Below, piece after piece: positions 13,046 to 26,594 of a stretch of 60,000 bases of DNA. A model generated the notes under the pieces. It worked only from the letters and a program-made list of their open reading frames with translations, was not told the origin of the DNA and ran no database searches. The stretch spans positions 20,524,001 to 20,584,000 of the forward strand of contig NC_058369.1 of NCBI RefSeq assembly GCF_018350175.1, written 5' to 3'. The position numbers and the translations under genes were made by a program. The first letter of the stretch is position 1, and each line of letters begins with the position of its first letter. Origin of the DNA: Felis catus (Eukaryota).

Positions 13046-13504
13046 TTTTTTAAATAAAGTGTGGTTTTGATTTTCACAGAGTGGTGAATTTTCCAGATTT
13101 CCTTCTATTATTTTTATTAACATTCTACTATATATATATATATTTCTATTTTCATTCCATGTGGTCAGAGAAGATACTCTGTATGATTTCAACCTTTTTA
13201 AATTCATTGAGATTTGTTTTGTGGCCTAATATATGTTCTGTCCTGAAGAATGTTTTACATGCCTTCGAGGAGAATGGTGTTCTGCTGTTGTTGGGAGGGG
13301 TGTTCTCTAGATGTCTGTCAGGTCTGGTTGCTATATAGTGATGTCTAAATCTTCTCTTTCCCTAGTATCTTTTGTCTAATTGATCAAATGATTAGTCTCC
13401 AACTATTATTGTTGAACTTTCTATTTCTCCACTGATTTCTGTCAGGTTTTGCTTCCTATATTTTGAGACTTTTGTTACTTTCATATATGTTTATAATTAT
13501 TACA

Positions 13505-13699
13505 TTTTTTTTTTTTTGAGAGAGAGAGAGAGCTTGTGCAAGTGGGGGAGAGGAGCAGAGGGAGGGAAAGAGAATCTTAAGGAGGCTTCACACCCAGCGC
13601 AGGGCCCAATTCGGGACTTGAACTCACTGGCCCGAGATTAAGACCTGAGCTGAAATCAAGAGTCAGATGCCTAACCGACTGAGCCACCCAGGCGCCCCT
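13505..13699 (-). mobile_element. Can-SINE
   Basis: Ends in gagccacccaggcgcccc. Confidence 0.9.
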
Positions 13700-14049
13700 A
13701 TAATTATAACCTATTCTTGATAGATTGACTCTCTTATTACTAGATAACGTCTTTGTTTTTTATACGATTTTTGTCTTAGACTCTACTGTATCTGATATTA
13801 GTATATCTACCCAGCTCTCTTTTGGTACGGTTTTCCTGGAGTATCTTTTTCCATCCTTCCTCTTTCAATCTGTTTGTGTTCTTGGATACAAAGAGAGTGT
13901 TTTGTAGACAATATAGTTGGACCATGTTTCTTTGTTATAATCTATTCTGTCATTCTCTGCTTTTGATTGGAGAGTTTAAGCTGTTTAATGTAATCATGGA
14001 TAAGAAAGAACTGACATTTTGCTGTTTTCTATGTGTGATATCCTTGTTG

Positions 14050-14279
14050 TTTTCTTTCTTTTATTTAAAAAAATTTTTTTAATGTTTATTTTTGAGAGAG
14101 AGAGAGACAGAGTACAAGCAGGGGAGGGGCAGAGAGAGAGGGAGACACAGAATCCGAAGCAGGCTCCAGGCTCTGAGCTGTCAGCAAAGAGCCTGATGCA
14201 GGGCTCAAACTCATGAACAATGAGATCATGACCTGAGCCAAAGTCGGACGCTTAACCGACTGAACCACCCAGGCACCCC
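14050..14279 (-). mobile_element. Can-SINE
   Basis: Canonical reverse SINE. Confidence 0.9.
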
Positions 14280-15220
14280 TCTTGTTGTTTTCAGTTCCTC
14301 CTTTACTGCTTTCTTTTGTGTTAGGTTTTCTAGTTTACCATTTTGATTCCTTTTTTGTTTCCTTTACTATATATTTTTAAATTTTTTGTTAGTGTCACTC
14401 CAAAGATCACAATTAGCACCTTAAATTACGACAGCCCACTCAAATTAATACAATTTAGTTTCAACTGTATATAAAAACTTTGACCCTGTATTGCTCCCCC
14501 CTCTCTTATGCTGTTATTGTCCTTACAGATTAATTTATTATTAAGTATTTAATAGTTTGTTGTTGTGGACAGAATGTTTTATCCAACTGAATTTCCATTT
14601 GGTTACTATTAATACAGAGAAACACCGCTGATTTTTATATATTTATTTTATGAGGCCACATGCCAAATTTTCTACTATTTCTCATAGACTGTTTTTTCTC
14701 ATTAGATTCTCTTAGAGTTTTAAAGTATACAATCACATCAGCAACAGAAGGAAATAGTTTTTATTTCCTCTTCAAAACTTATACTAATTTTCCCATCCTG
14801 TTGCGTTTGTGGGACCCAAAGCACTGTGCATAATAGGAATGATAGAAGGCATCCCTGTCAGGTTCCTGATTTTATTGGAAATTGTTTTCTTTCCCCTTAC
14901 CATTTAGAATGCTGTTTGCCTGAAACAAAATAAGTCTTCATCAATTTTAAGTAGTTTCTTCCTATTGCAGAGTGTTCCTAAGATCTGCTGAACTTTATAA
15001 GCATCCTTTTAGGCATATATTGACTTGGCCAAGTGGCTGTTCATTTTTACTTTGAATTGTTCACTAAGGACATATGCTAATTCTTCTTGATATTGAGCCA
15101 TTCCTGGAATAAACTTGATTTAATCCCACTGTACGATTCTTTTGACATTGCTGGATTCTACTTGGTAATGTTTATTTCACATTTTTACATTTATATGGAT
15201 TAGTGAAATTGGGCTATTAC

Positions 15221-15551
15221 CTTGGTCAGCAAACCACTGTAGCTGCCCAAGCAAATCTGGCCAATTTTGGTACAATCCATGACCTAAGAATGGTTTTTAC
15301 ATGTTTAAATGGTTGGGAAAAAATCAAAATAATAATAATATTTTGCAACACTTGAAATTATGTCAGAGTCAAATTTCAGTGTCCATAATAAAGATTTATT
15401 GGAACACTACCACACTCATCTATTTACATAATGTCTCTGGCTGCCTTTGTGTTCCAACACAGAGTTAAGTACTTGCAACAGACACCGTATGGCCTGCAAA
15501 CCTTAAATATAGACTCTTTGGCTCTTTACAGGAAAAGTTTGCCAACCCCTG
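15221..15551 (+). mobile_element. MER58B-like hAT-Charlie element
   Basis: 'ggtcagcaaac...ctaagaatggtttttac...aaagtttgccaacccctg' matches the recalled MER58B layout. Confidence 0.75.
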
Positions 15552-16036
15552 GTCTGTCTAGCTTTCTTTTTGGCGCCTATCTTTATCAGGTTTGGTGTGA
15601 ATGTTAAGTTGGCTTCCTGAAAGGAATTGGAGAGTTTTCCCTCTTTTTTCCTATTATGTGGAATCATTTAAATAGATTTGGAATTATCTCCTCTGTAAAT
15701 GTTAAATGAAACTCAGCCATAAAACCATCTGGTTCCCAGGCAATATTTAATACATAATAAATATAATCTTCTGTGGTAATTGATCTATTCAAGTTTTCAA
15801 CTTTTCTTGGGTTGATTTTAATCATTTATATTTTGCTAGGAAATCATCCATTTCCTCAATATTTTCAAATTTGGTTAGCCATAAAATTGAACAGAATACT
15901 CTCTCCAAATAATTATAAATTTACTGTAGTCCTCAGCTCTCATTTCCTATTTTGTATATTTTTACCCCCTCTCTTTTTTTTTAATCTGGTTCATAGAAGT
16001 TTATATATTTTATTAGTCTTTTTCAAATAACCAGTC

Positions 16037-16057
16037 TTTTTTTTTTAATGTTTGTTT

Positions 16058-16108
<51 letters not shown>

Positions 16109-16271
16109 AGCTGGGGAGGGGCAGAGAGAGAGGGAGATACAGAATCTGAAGCAGGCTCCAGAGTCTGAGCTGTCAGCACAGAGCCTGACGCGAGGCTTAA
16201 AATCACAAACTGCGACATCATGACGTGAGCTGCAATCGGACGCTTAACGGACTGAGCCACCCAGGCACCCC
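16037..16271 (-). mobile_element. Can-SINE with an expanded (GA)n tract at about 16062-16103
   Basis: Reverse SINE body with a long GA repeat. Confidence 0.9.
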
Positions 16272-16730
16272 TCAAATAAGGGGGTCTTAAGCTTATTTAT
16301 CTTTCCTGTAATTTTTGGGGGGGGCAGGGGGGGAGTGTCTGTTTCAGTAATTTGAAATTTTATTTCTTTGTATTATCTCCCTTGTCCTCATTTGTTTTGG
16401 ATTCTTCTATCATTTTTGTTCTTGTTTTTATCTTCATTCAAAGGATGAGTACTGGGTTTCCACATTTTTGGTCTTTCTTCCTTAATAACGAAGGCTTTGT
16501 GGCTGGGAGAGTCTGTCCATGTCCAGGCTTCATTAGGAAATAGTCTCTTTTCAGAAAAAAATAACAAGTAGTCTTCTTTTTCTTTTTGCTGTTTCTGTAG
16601 TTTGTGGTTTTATTTTGGTTTCACCTTCCATCAAAGGTTTTCCTTAATTTCCAATGAGGTAACACTTTAAACATGTCTAACGTATTTGTTTCTGATATAA
16701 TTAGACATACTGATTATAATTGTAAATTGA

Positions 16731-16940
16731 GGGGTGCCTGGGTGGCTCAGTTGGTTAAGTGTCCAACTTCAGCTCAGGTCATGATCTCACGGTTCATGAG
16801 TTCGAGCCCTACATTGGGCTCTGCACTGACAGCTCAGAGCCTGGAGCCTGCTTTGGATTCTGTCTCCCTCTCTCTCTGCCCCTCCCCTGCTCACGCTCTG
16901 TCTCTCTGTCTCAAAAATAAATTAACATTAAAAAAAATTT
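16731..16940 (+). mobile_element. Can-SINE
   Basis: Canonical; TSD taattgtaaatt. Confidence 0.9.
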
Positions 16941-17639
16941 TTTTTTAATTGTAAATTAAGCTCTTTTTGCCGGCCAAGTGCATGCCAGCCCTTTGTAAAT
17001 ATTCTTGGATGTATGAAATAAATGATTGCTCTCCGTTTTGAAAGATGTCAAGTTCTGCATGTATCTGATGAATTTTGTTTGTTATCATTTCTTAGTTCCC
17101 CTGTGCCCTTAGTTTTGGCTACAGATGTTGAAATCTCTTATAATAATGATCACATTCTCCCTGCATTTTATACTTCTGGCAGTTTGTTAGTTAATTCTTT
17201 TGTCCAGAACACTGACAACTAATAAAATTTAAGGGGGGGTGAAGGTGGGAGATAAGTGATAAGTATATAAGGAAATTATATTTTCAAAACTTTAAGTGTT
17301 TAGCTGTAAGAATTTTTATAAGTGAACTTTTTGGCAACAAAGTCACGTAGGGAGGGAAATGTTTCAAAACATTTGTTTTTCTAAAAGCATTTTCCATGGC
17401 ATCTTATTTTGGCTGATTAGGAGCTCCCTCTAGAGGCTAGAAAAATTGCAGCACCAGGGTTTCTTTCTGTGACTTGTGAGTTCAGTAAGTAACATTTCTG
17501 TTTAGGGTTTTTTGCAGGAATCTTTCTAACACACTAGTCATTGTTGGTGAGGGTTAGCATTGTCAAAACTAGACAGTGGGATCCATAAACCCCTTCGTCA
17601 GTGCACAGCAATCACAAATGACCATCTGTCCCAGTTCAT

Positions 17640-18330
17640 GGAAAGCTCATTTATTTGTTGGTTTGTTTTCCTCACCGGAATGTGACCTCCATGCAGGTAT
17701 GGACTTTCCCTGTCTCACTGTTTGCTTTAACAAATGCCTGTAATAGTACCTGGCACATAGTGGAGGTTCAGTAATTGTTGAATGGATGAGTGAATTTTTG
17801 AGCAGAAATTCTTTGCTTAGTGTTGCTTGGAATCCATGACTAGGCCTGGGGACAAGGGAAGGCACTTGTCCATGAACTAGGGCTGAGTGGCCTGTGCTCA
17901 GTGGGATTTATTTCACTGGATTAGACCAAATTAATTTACTCAACACTTATTTATTGAGCATCCACTCTGCCACAAAGTGTTGTAGAGGCTGGGGATCCAA
18001 CAGTGAAAGAAAGCAGGCAAGATTCCTGTATTTATGGAACAGTTATATAGAGAATGTTTGGATAGTAATGTTTGTTATAGAGAAAAGTTGGATGGGGGGG
18101 GGCAGAGCATGCTGGATGGAAAGGAGGTACCACTTTTATAGGGGTGGTCAGATTGTGGGTCACTTCATGATGAAGGAGGCAGGGAGGAAGCTATACAGGT
18201 ATCTGGGGGATGGGAGGTGTCAAGGAGCTGAAGCAAGAATGTCCCTGTCATGTTCGAGTGACACTAGGGAGGCTGGTACGGCAGAAGCAGAGTAAGAGAG
18301 GAGGAAAGGAAGGAAGATGAAGTCAGAAAG
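17640..18330. mobile_element. L2 fragments (two, opposite orientations)
   Basis: L2 3' end 'cctggcacatagtggaggttcagtaattgttgaatggatgagtgaat' and reverse 'tttactcaacacttatttattgagcatccactctg'. Confidence 0.65.
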
Positions 18331-18967
18331 ATAAATTCAGGAGATACACCGCAGAGATGTGAAATACTAGAGAGGATGTTTGGGATCTTTCCAGCAAGGG
18401 GAAGAACCTTGTAAGTCAAGGGCAAGAGTGAGGCTGGGCTTTCCCACAGACGTCTGTACTTCCAAAAGTGGCTTCCAGGCTGCCTAGTCAGAGATCATTT
18501 GCTTGCAAAGAGTCTGATCATGACCATGGTTGACAGATCCTAAGGTGGTGATGATGTGGCCGACACGTCAGGAGATGGGAGGTGTGCTAGGATGGCACAG
18601 GGTATATAAGGAAGACCACGGAACCAGATTCTTGCTGAACTAAGCTAAATTAAGAAGAGAATGCCCTTAGACCCCAAGGGTGAGGGGTGCAGGGACCATT
18701 ACTCTCTCTCAGCTCTTGTCCTCAGGGCATCTGGTCAGTGTTACCCAAACTGCCGCCACCACCCTCCACTGACCAATGAAAACCTTGAAAATGAAAATTC
18801 TTGGGGTGCCTGGGTGGCTCAGTCAGTTAAGCACCTGACTTCAGCTCAGGTCATGATCTCACAGTTTGTGAGTTCAAGCCCCATGTCAGGCTCTTTGCTG
18901 ACAGCTCAGAGCCTAGAGCCTGCTTCAGATTCTGTGTCTGCCTCTCCCCTCTGCCCCTCCCCCACTT

Positions 18968-19002
<35 letters not shown>

Positions 19003-20400
19003 CATAAATAAGCATTAAAAATAAAAGAAAATGAAAACTCTTGAAACCTGCCAACATCTGCTGATTCCAGAAAGGAGCAGTCTCCATTTGAGATAACAGA
19101 ACAAGATTGACTTTCTGGACACTGAAAAGATTCTCTGCAGCTTCATCCTGTTTCTTTGGACTCTTTAATACCGTTTCACAGACTGCTAATCATGCTGAGC
19201 TTTCTAGTGTGAGTGGGGGTGACAAGGGCACCGCCCCGGACTCTACTGCCTGGGCGGGGTGGAGCATGCCCTGTTGCCAGCACTTCTGCTGCATCTGGAT
19301 GAATGTCATACTCTGCAGGCTCGGCTCCAGATGCAGAGCCTGGCTGCAGTCAGTACTGTCAGTGGGCCTGTTCACCTGACTGGGAGTTGTCACGTTATGG
19401 TCACTCATCCAATGCTGCCTTAAGATGAGGCTCAGGCCCCATATGCACAACTAATGATGGTATCTGATGGAGTGGCCTGAGCCCCTGAGAAATCTTAGTG
19501 GATACATGAAAGGGGATGGAGCTGTAGAAGAATGACCTTGTCGTGGCAGACTTGCACATATGCACATAGGTTACAAAAGGCAAAAGCTTGAACCACAGTG
19601 AATCCAAGTCTTTGACCGGACACCTTGGGATCCTCCTGGAACGGAGGAAGATGAGGGAGCAGAGGGCATGTCAAGAGCTGCTGTCTTCCCTGGGAGGCTG
19701 TTATGAGACCGTTGCCATCTCCCCCTGGGTTCTGAAGAAGAGCAGGGCTCTTTGTCCTGCCCCCCCCCCCATAGAACTGCAGAATATAAAGCCACCCAGC
19801 AGTAGCTTAGATTGGGCCCCTCAGCAATGACTTGAACTGCAGTCATCTGGCCCTTTTATTTCATATCTTTCCTGTTGTTGCATGGGGACAAGAACCACAG
19901 GGACATGGCGCTTTGAATAATCTTGCTTTCACTGTCTACCAGAGTGATAAACTGTCTGAATCAAAAGTGGCCCACTGCATCCTTACCAGCAAGCCCAGTC
20001 AGGCGTTGGCCTTGGTTTTCCCTTGTCATGTGTCTTGAGGGTGTTTGATAGAAAGCCATGCACCAGGTGCAGTTTATCTGTCTTGGTTACTATGAAGCTT
20101 CTGGGCTGGGAGAGCTGCAAGTTAAAATGCTCACTTTGTGCCTGAGTAACTGGAACGATAGAAAAGACCAGTAGGAAACGAAGACACCGGTTCTCCATGC
20201 CAGGGTGCTCCCTGTGGGTGGAAGGTGGGGAGGAATGCATGCATGGGTAGCTGTTGGGCTCCCGAGGAGACCGACATTGCCACGCATGTGGATTTCCTGA
20301 CCTGCGCTTTCTACAGAGCTAAGGAAACCTAGTGCTAGATGAAAGTCCACCGTGTCTTGAGTTTGATGGCTAACCTACCCTGCTGGTGGTACAACAGATC
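18330..20400 (+). mobile_element. Possible highly degraded ERVL/MaLR-type internal sequence (SINE inserted at 18803-19030)
   Basis: Faint resemblance to ERVL gag/pol motifs, e.g. 'gatgtggccgac' (RWPT-like) and 'cccctgggttctgaag' (PLGFWS-like); no intact ORF. Confidence 0.3.
18803..19030 (+). mobile_element. Can-SINE
   Basis: Canonical; TSD gaaaatgaaaattctt / gaaaatgaaaactctt. Confidence 0.9.
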
Positions 20401-20690
20401 TGAACTTTGAGACCGAGAACAGAAAGAAATCCAAATATGTCAGCAGTCACCATAAGTGTAATGCATTAACTCAGCAATTAAAAAGCAGGTTCATAGATGG
20501 AATTAAATACATTAAATGCATCTACCAAATGTTTATAATAGGGACAGCTAAAGCAAAGTAACACAAATTCGAAAACAAAAAGGTGAAGATATATCAGGCA
20601 AACTCTCAACAAAAGAAAGCTATTGCAACATAGAATAAATAGGACATAAAATGGAATTTAAACACTGGAAGGACTAAAAGTGTTTTATAC

Positions 20691-20892
20691 TAGGGGTCAG
20701 CAAACTGTGGCCCACTGGCCAATCCAACCAACTGCCTGTTTTTATAAAAAATGTTTTTTTTTTAGGACACAGCCACTCTTGTCTGTTTACATATTGTGTA
20801 TGGCTGCTGTGGAGCTACAATGGCAGGGTTGAGCAGTTACTACAGAGACTAGATGGCTGGCAGAGCCCAAAATATTTACTATCTGGCTCTTG
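20691..20892 (+). mobile_element. MER58A-like hAT element
   Basis: 'ggggtcagcaaactgtggccc...aaaatatttactatctggc'. Confidence 0.8.
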
Positions 20893-20899
20893 GCAGTTC

Positions 20900-21112
20900 C
20901 TGTTTTTGTTTTTGTTAAGTTTATTTATTTTGAGAGAGAGAGTGCATGCATGTAGTGAGTGGGGTGGGGGGAGAGAGAGGGAGAGACAATCCCAAGCAGG
21001 CCCCATTGCTCAGCACAGAGCTGGAAGGGGCTCGATCTCATGAATTGTGAGATCATGACCTGAGCCAAAAACCAAGAGTTAGTCATTTAACCATTTGAAC
21101 CACCCAGGCGCT
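20900..21112 (-). mobile_element. Can-SINE
   Basis: Reverse SINE. Confidence 0.85.
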
Positions 21113-21216
21113 CCACAGGTCCTTTTTTAAACCAATGAAAGGAACATTATTCCAAGAAGCCATAATAACTGGGAATGTGTATGTATTCAACAACATAACT
21201 TCAAAACGTGTAAATA

Positions 21217-21445
21217 GGAGCACCTGCGTGGCTTAGTCAGTTAAGCATCCAGCTTCGGCTCAGGTCATGATCTCGAAGTTCATGGGTTGGAGCCCTGCAT
21301 CAGGCTCTGTGCTGACAGCTTGGAGCCTGGAGCCTGCTTCAGATTCTGTGTCTCCTTCTCTCTCTGCCCGTCCCCCACTTGCACTCTGTCTCTCTCTCTC
21401 TCTGTCTCAAAAATAAACAAACATTTAACTTGTAGAAAAAAAACA
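21217..21445 (+). mobile_element. Can-SINE
   Basis: Canonical body and tail. Confidence 0.88.
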
Positions 21446-22629
21446 AAAAGCTGATAGAGTTACAGAGACAAGTAGAAAATTCTACACGTATACTTATCCT
21501 GGACATTCACAGGATAAAGTGGACCAAAAAAAGATAATATTTGAAATAGCTATTGGATATATGTGGAACCTTGTTTTTAAGCACACAACACTATCAGCAA
21601 ACATTCTTGGGGCACCTGGCTGGCTCAGTCGGTGTAGTATATGACCCTTGATCTTGGGGTTGTAAGTTTGAGCCCCACATTGGGTGTAGAGATTGAAATT
21701 TTTTTAATCTTAAAAAAGAAAAAAATTCTCGTGCCCTGAAGTTCGAATTGTAAAAAGTAGAGACAGTTGAAAAGGGAGTAGCAGAGCTGAGGCTCATGCC
21801 TAGACATGTGAGGGTTATGAGCGGTGGTGGCCAAGCCCCAGTTCCTCAGTAATCAATGTTACAAGGCAGGGAAAAGAAAAGAATAAAGATCATAAAGAAA
21901 TGGTGGTAGCAAGAAAAGTTAGGACATAAAAATTAACTGAACTGGAGAAAGTGGCCCAGAGTGAGTTCTGCAAAAGCCCTGCAGAGCCCAAAGCTGCCTT
22001 GAATTCCATCCGCATCTTCAAGATGCTCCATTTTATGACCATTTCTTTACATGCATCTTCAGAACATCCTCTTCCTTATATTTGCTTCCATCACATGAGC
22101 TAGCCCAAGGGAATCCATGAAGGGAAACAAAGTAAAATCTCCTCCTGACCATGTCACCACAGCCATGACCCAGTGCCATGGTAGATATATACATAGATGG
22201 TTAGGGAAAAGCCCAGGAAGGAAGTCCTGGTGGACCTTGTCCTTCCAGTTGGCATTGGCTGCCATAGAAAATCTTGAGGTGGCTGGCTTGCTATGGAAGA
22301 AAATTAAGGCACCAGCCCTGAGGTATTAAACCTTGGGATACCTGGGTTTCCTGTACCATCTCATGTAGTAAGGAGCAAGAATTTTATATACTGGGCTGCA
22401 GTGCTCAAATTTTGTTCCTCACGTACAATATCTAAAAAATAAAAAGGACCAACAGTGTGTCTGTGAAGCACGGAGGAGAGCTGGAGAGATATGTGCTGAG
22501 TGGCATCTAGATTTAGCTGGGAAGGACATCTTCAAGTACCCACAGAAGAAGAGGAAAGAAAGCTGACCCGAAGACAAGGGATCAGGCCATCAAAAACATG
22601 TGCAGGGCTGGCTAGAAAGAAAAGAAAAC

Positions 22630-25270
22630 TTTGGACCAGTATTCCTTATGAACTCTGATGCAAAAATCCTAAAAAATACTAGCAAACTGAATTCAGCAGC
22701 ATATTAAAAGCTTTATACACATGACCAAGTGGGATTCATTCCTGAAATGCAAGAATGGTTCAACATACAGAACCCATCAATGTAGTACACCACATTAACA
22801 GAATGAAGGGGAAAAAACCACACGATCATTTCAATTAATGCAGAAAAAGCATTTGACAAAATTCAGTACCTTTTCATGATAAAAACACTGGGCAAACTAG
22901 GAATAGAATGAAACTAAGTCAACATAATAAAAGCTATATATGAACATCACAGTGAACATAGTACTCAATGGTGAAAGACTAAAAGCTTCTCTAAGGAACA
23001 AGATAAAGATGTGTGCTTTCACCACTTCTGTTCAACATAGTGTTAGCCAGAGCAATTAGGCAAGAAATTTAAATAAAAGGCATCCAAATGGTAAAGGAAA
23101 ACATAAAATTATCTCTGTTCACAGATGATAAGATATTATATGTAGAAAACATTAAAGATTCTACTAACTGTGATAACTAATAAATTAATTAAGCAAAGTA
23201 GCAAGATGCCAAGTCAATGATAGAAAGCAGTTGTTCCCGGTAAACTAACAATGAGCAGTCTGAAAAGGAAATTACAAAATTCACTTGCAATAGCATAAAA
23301 AAGAATAAAACAGGAACAAACATAACCAAGAAAATGAAAGACAAGTGTTCAATGAAAACTACAAAACATTGCTGAAAATAATTAAAGAAGACAAAAATAG
23401 ATGGAAACACACCCCACATGCATGGATTGGAAGACTTAAGGTAATCTATAGATTCAACACCATCTCTGTCAAAGTTCAAAAGACATTTTTTTGGCAGAAA
23501 TAGAAAAAGTCCATTCTAAAATTCATATGGACTCTCAAAGAACTCTGAATAGCCAAAACAGGGGCGCCTGGGTGGCTCAGTCGGTTAAGCGTATGACTTC
23601 GGCTCAGGTCATGATCTCGCGGTCCATGAGTTCAAGCCCCACGTCAGGCTCTGTGCTGACTGCTCAGAGCCTGGAGCCTGTTTCAGATTCTGTGTCTCCC
23701 TCTCTCTCTGACCCTCCCCCGTTCATGCTCTGTCTCTCTCTGTCTCAAAAATAAATAAACGTTAAGAAAAAAATTTAAAAAAAAAATGAATAGCCAAAAC
23801 AGCCTTGAAAAGGAAGAACAAAACTGAAGGACTCACGCATTCTTGATTCCTGATTTCAAAAGTTGCTACCAAAAAAACAAACAAACAAAAAAAACATTAA
23901 AAAAAGTTACTACAGTGTTACAGTAATCAAAGCACTGTGGTACCAGCACAAAGACAGACCAATGGAATAGAACAGAGAGCCCAGAAATAAACCCTCACTT
24001 ATGTAGTCAAGTAATTTTTGACAAGGATGCCAAGACCACTCAAAAGAGAAAGGAAACTTTTTAAAAAATGGTGCTGGGAAAACTGTATCTTCACATGCAA
24101 AAGAAGGAAATTGGACCCTTATCTAACACCTATATTAAAAAATTAATTCAAAGTGGATCAAACACCTGAATGTAAGACCTAAAACTCTCAGAAGAAAGCA
24201 CGGGGCAAAAGTTGCACAACATTCGACTTGGCAGTGATTTCTTGGATGTGGCACCAAAGACACAGGAAACCAAAAAATAGACAAATTGAGCTATAATTTT
24301 GTGTATCAAAAGACACTATTGTCAGAGTAAAATGGCAGCCCACAGAATGGGGGAAAATACTTGAAATCATATATTTGATTAGGAGGTTAATATCTAGAGT
24401 ATATAGAGAACTAAAATTCCGTAAGAAACAGCCCAATTTGAATAAGGACTTGAATAAGTGTTTCTCCAAAGAAGACATACAAATGGTCAATAAATACACG
24501 TAAAAATGCTCAACATCACTGATCATTAGGGAAATGCAAATCAAAACTACAGTGAGACACACCTTACATTCATAAGGATGGATACTATTAAAAAAAAACA
24601 AACCAGCAGAGGCACCTGGGTGGCTCACTCGGTTGAGCATCCGACTTGGGCTCACGTCATGATCTTGCAGTTAGTGAGTTGGAGCCCCACCTCAGGCTCG
24701 CTGCTGTCAGCCAGTCAGCGCAGAGCCTGCTTCAGATCCTCTGTCCCCCTCTTTCTGCCCCTCCCTCACTTGCACTCTCTCTCAAAAAAAAACACAAAAA
24801 AAACCCACAAATAACAACTGTTGGGGAGGATGTAGAGAAATTGGAACCCTCGTGCACTGTTGGTGGGGATGTAAAATGGTGCAGCCACCATAGAAACAGC
24901 TCAATGAACGCTCAAAAAATTAAAAATAGAATTTACCATGTGATCTAGCAATCCCACTTCTGGGTATATGCCCAAAAGAATTGAAAATGAGTCTCAAAAA
25001 GATATTTGTACACCCATGTTTATGTCAGCAATTTTCACAACAGTTAAAATGTGAAAGCCACCCAAGTGGCCATTGGCAGATGTATGAATAAACAGAATGT
25101 GGTATATACACGCAATGGAACATTATTCAGCCTTTAATGGGAAAGAAATTCTGACACATTCTACAGCATGGATGAGCCTTAAGAACATTATGTTAAGTGA
25201 AGTAAGTCATTCACAGAAAGAAATGATTCCATGTATATGAGGCACCTCAAGCAGTCAAATTCATAGGACA
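22630..25270 (+). mobile_element. L1 ORF2 (RT to C-terminus) and 3'UTR, degraded; SINEs at about 23561-23785 and 24610-24800
   Basis: 'gatgcaaaaatcct...gaccaagtgggattcattcctgaaatgcaagaatggttcaacata' and other L1 ORF2 hallmarks. Confidence 0.88.
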
Positions 25271-25341
25271 GAAATTTTAACTTGAAAATGAGTAAACTGC
25301 TGATAACCACAACATAGGCGAATCTCAAAAATGTTATGCTA

Positions 25342-25545
25342 GGGGTGCCTGGGTGGCTCAGTCGGTTAAGCGTCTGACTTTGGCTCAGGTCATGATCTTG
25401 CAGTTCATGAGTTTGAGCCATGCATGGGGCTCTGTGCTGACAGCTCAGAGCCTGGAGCCTACTTTGTATTCTATGTCTCCCTCTCTCTCTGCTCTTCCCC
25501 TGCTCACACTCTGTCTCTCTCTCTCTCACAAAAATAAATATTTTA
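25342..25545 (+). mobile_element. Can-SINE
   Basis: TSD aaaaatgttatgcta. Confidence 0.9.
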
Positions 25546-25954
25546 AAAATGTTATGCTAAGTGAAAGAAGCCAGACGTTAAAGAGTACTTACAGGATGAT
25601 CCCATTTATATAAAGTTAGAAAACCGGCAAAAGGAAAATACAGGTAAAATAATTCAGAATAGAATTTACATCTAGGTATAAAAGGTCTTGCCTGCAAACA
25701 GCACAAAGAGACAGAGAAATTTGCTATATCTTGTTTCGGAACGGTGGTTACCTGGAAATACAGAATTGTGAAAACTCATCAAACACCATTAAGAAGCACT
25801 TAATAAAACCACAAAGAATAAGGTTGTTCTCTATGGACTGACATGGAAGGTGTAAGTAAAACAAATTGAATTGCACAATATGGTCCCTGTCTAGATACAT
25901 ATCCTATGTATGTGTTATAAAGGCGTTATTTTTTCTTAATTTTTTTCATTAAAA

Positions 25955-26594
25955 GTTTTTTTAATGTTTATTTTTGAGAGAGAGAGCGAGCATGTGTGAG
26001 GTGGGCGAGGGTCACAGAGAAAGGGAGATGGAGGATCCGAAGCAGGCTCTGCGCTGACAGCTTGAACTCACAAACCCAAGAGTCATGACCTGAGCTGCAG
26101 TCAGACACTTAACTGACTGAGCCACCAAGGTGCCCCTATTTTATTTTATTTTATTTTATTTTCAAATTTTTTTCATCTTTATTTATTTTTGAGAGAGACA
26201 GAGCATGAGCGGGGAAGGAACAGAGAGAGAGGGAGACAGAATCTGAAGCAGGCTCCAGGCTTCCAGCTGTCAGCATAGAGCCCAACACAGGGCTTGAACC
26301 CACGAACCGTGACATCATAACCTGAGCCGAAGTCGGACGCTTAACCGACCAGGCCACCCAAGTGCTTCAAGGTGCCCTTATTTAAAAGAAAAAATGTTTA
26401 TTTATTTATTTTTGAGAGACACAGAGAGAGAACAGGGGAGGAACAGAGAAAGAGAGAGGAGAGAGAGAATCCCAAGCAGGCTCCACACTGTCTGTGTAGA
26501 CCCCAACGTGGGACTCAAACCCATGAACCATGAGATCATGACCTGAGCTGAAATCAAGAATCAACGCTCAACCAACTGTGCCACCCAGGTGCCC
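25955..26594 (-). mobile_element. Three adjacent minus-strand Can-SINEs
   Basis: Three reverse SINE bodies ending at about 26136, 26365 and 26594. Confidence 0.88.

Larger units (their letters stand above)
7900..14520 (-). mobile_element. Long antisense L1 (L1MB-like) interrupted by many Can-SINEs
   Basis: Continuous antisense L1 3'UTR/ORF2 motifs such as 'ggagtggaattgctgggtca', 'ggtattgcattgaatctgta' and 'gtggtcagagaagatact'. Confidence 0.85.
14530..16700 (-). mobile_element. Older degraded antisense L1 (L1ME-like) fragments
   Basis: Diverged L1 ORF2 antisense motifs ('ggcatccctgtcaggttcctgattt', 'ttgctggattctacttggtaatg'). Confidence 0.6.

Noticed and set aside
12101..13070. CRISPR-like repeat-spacer array
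   Set aside because: The DNA is eukaryotic; the short repeats are TSDs and the spacers are SINEs.
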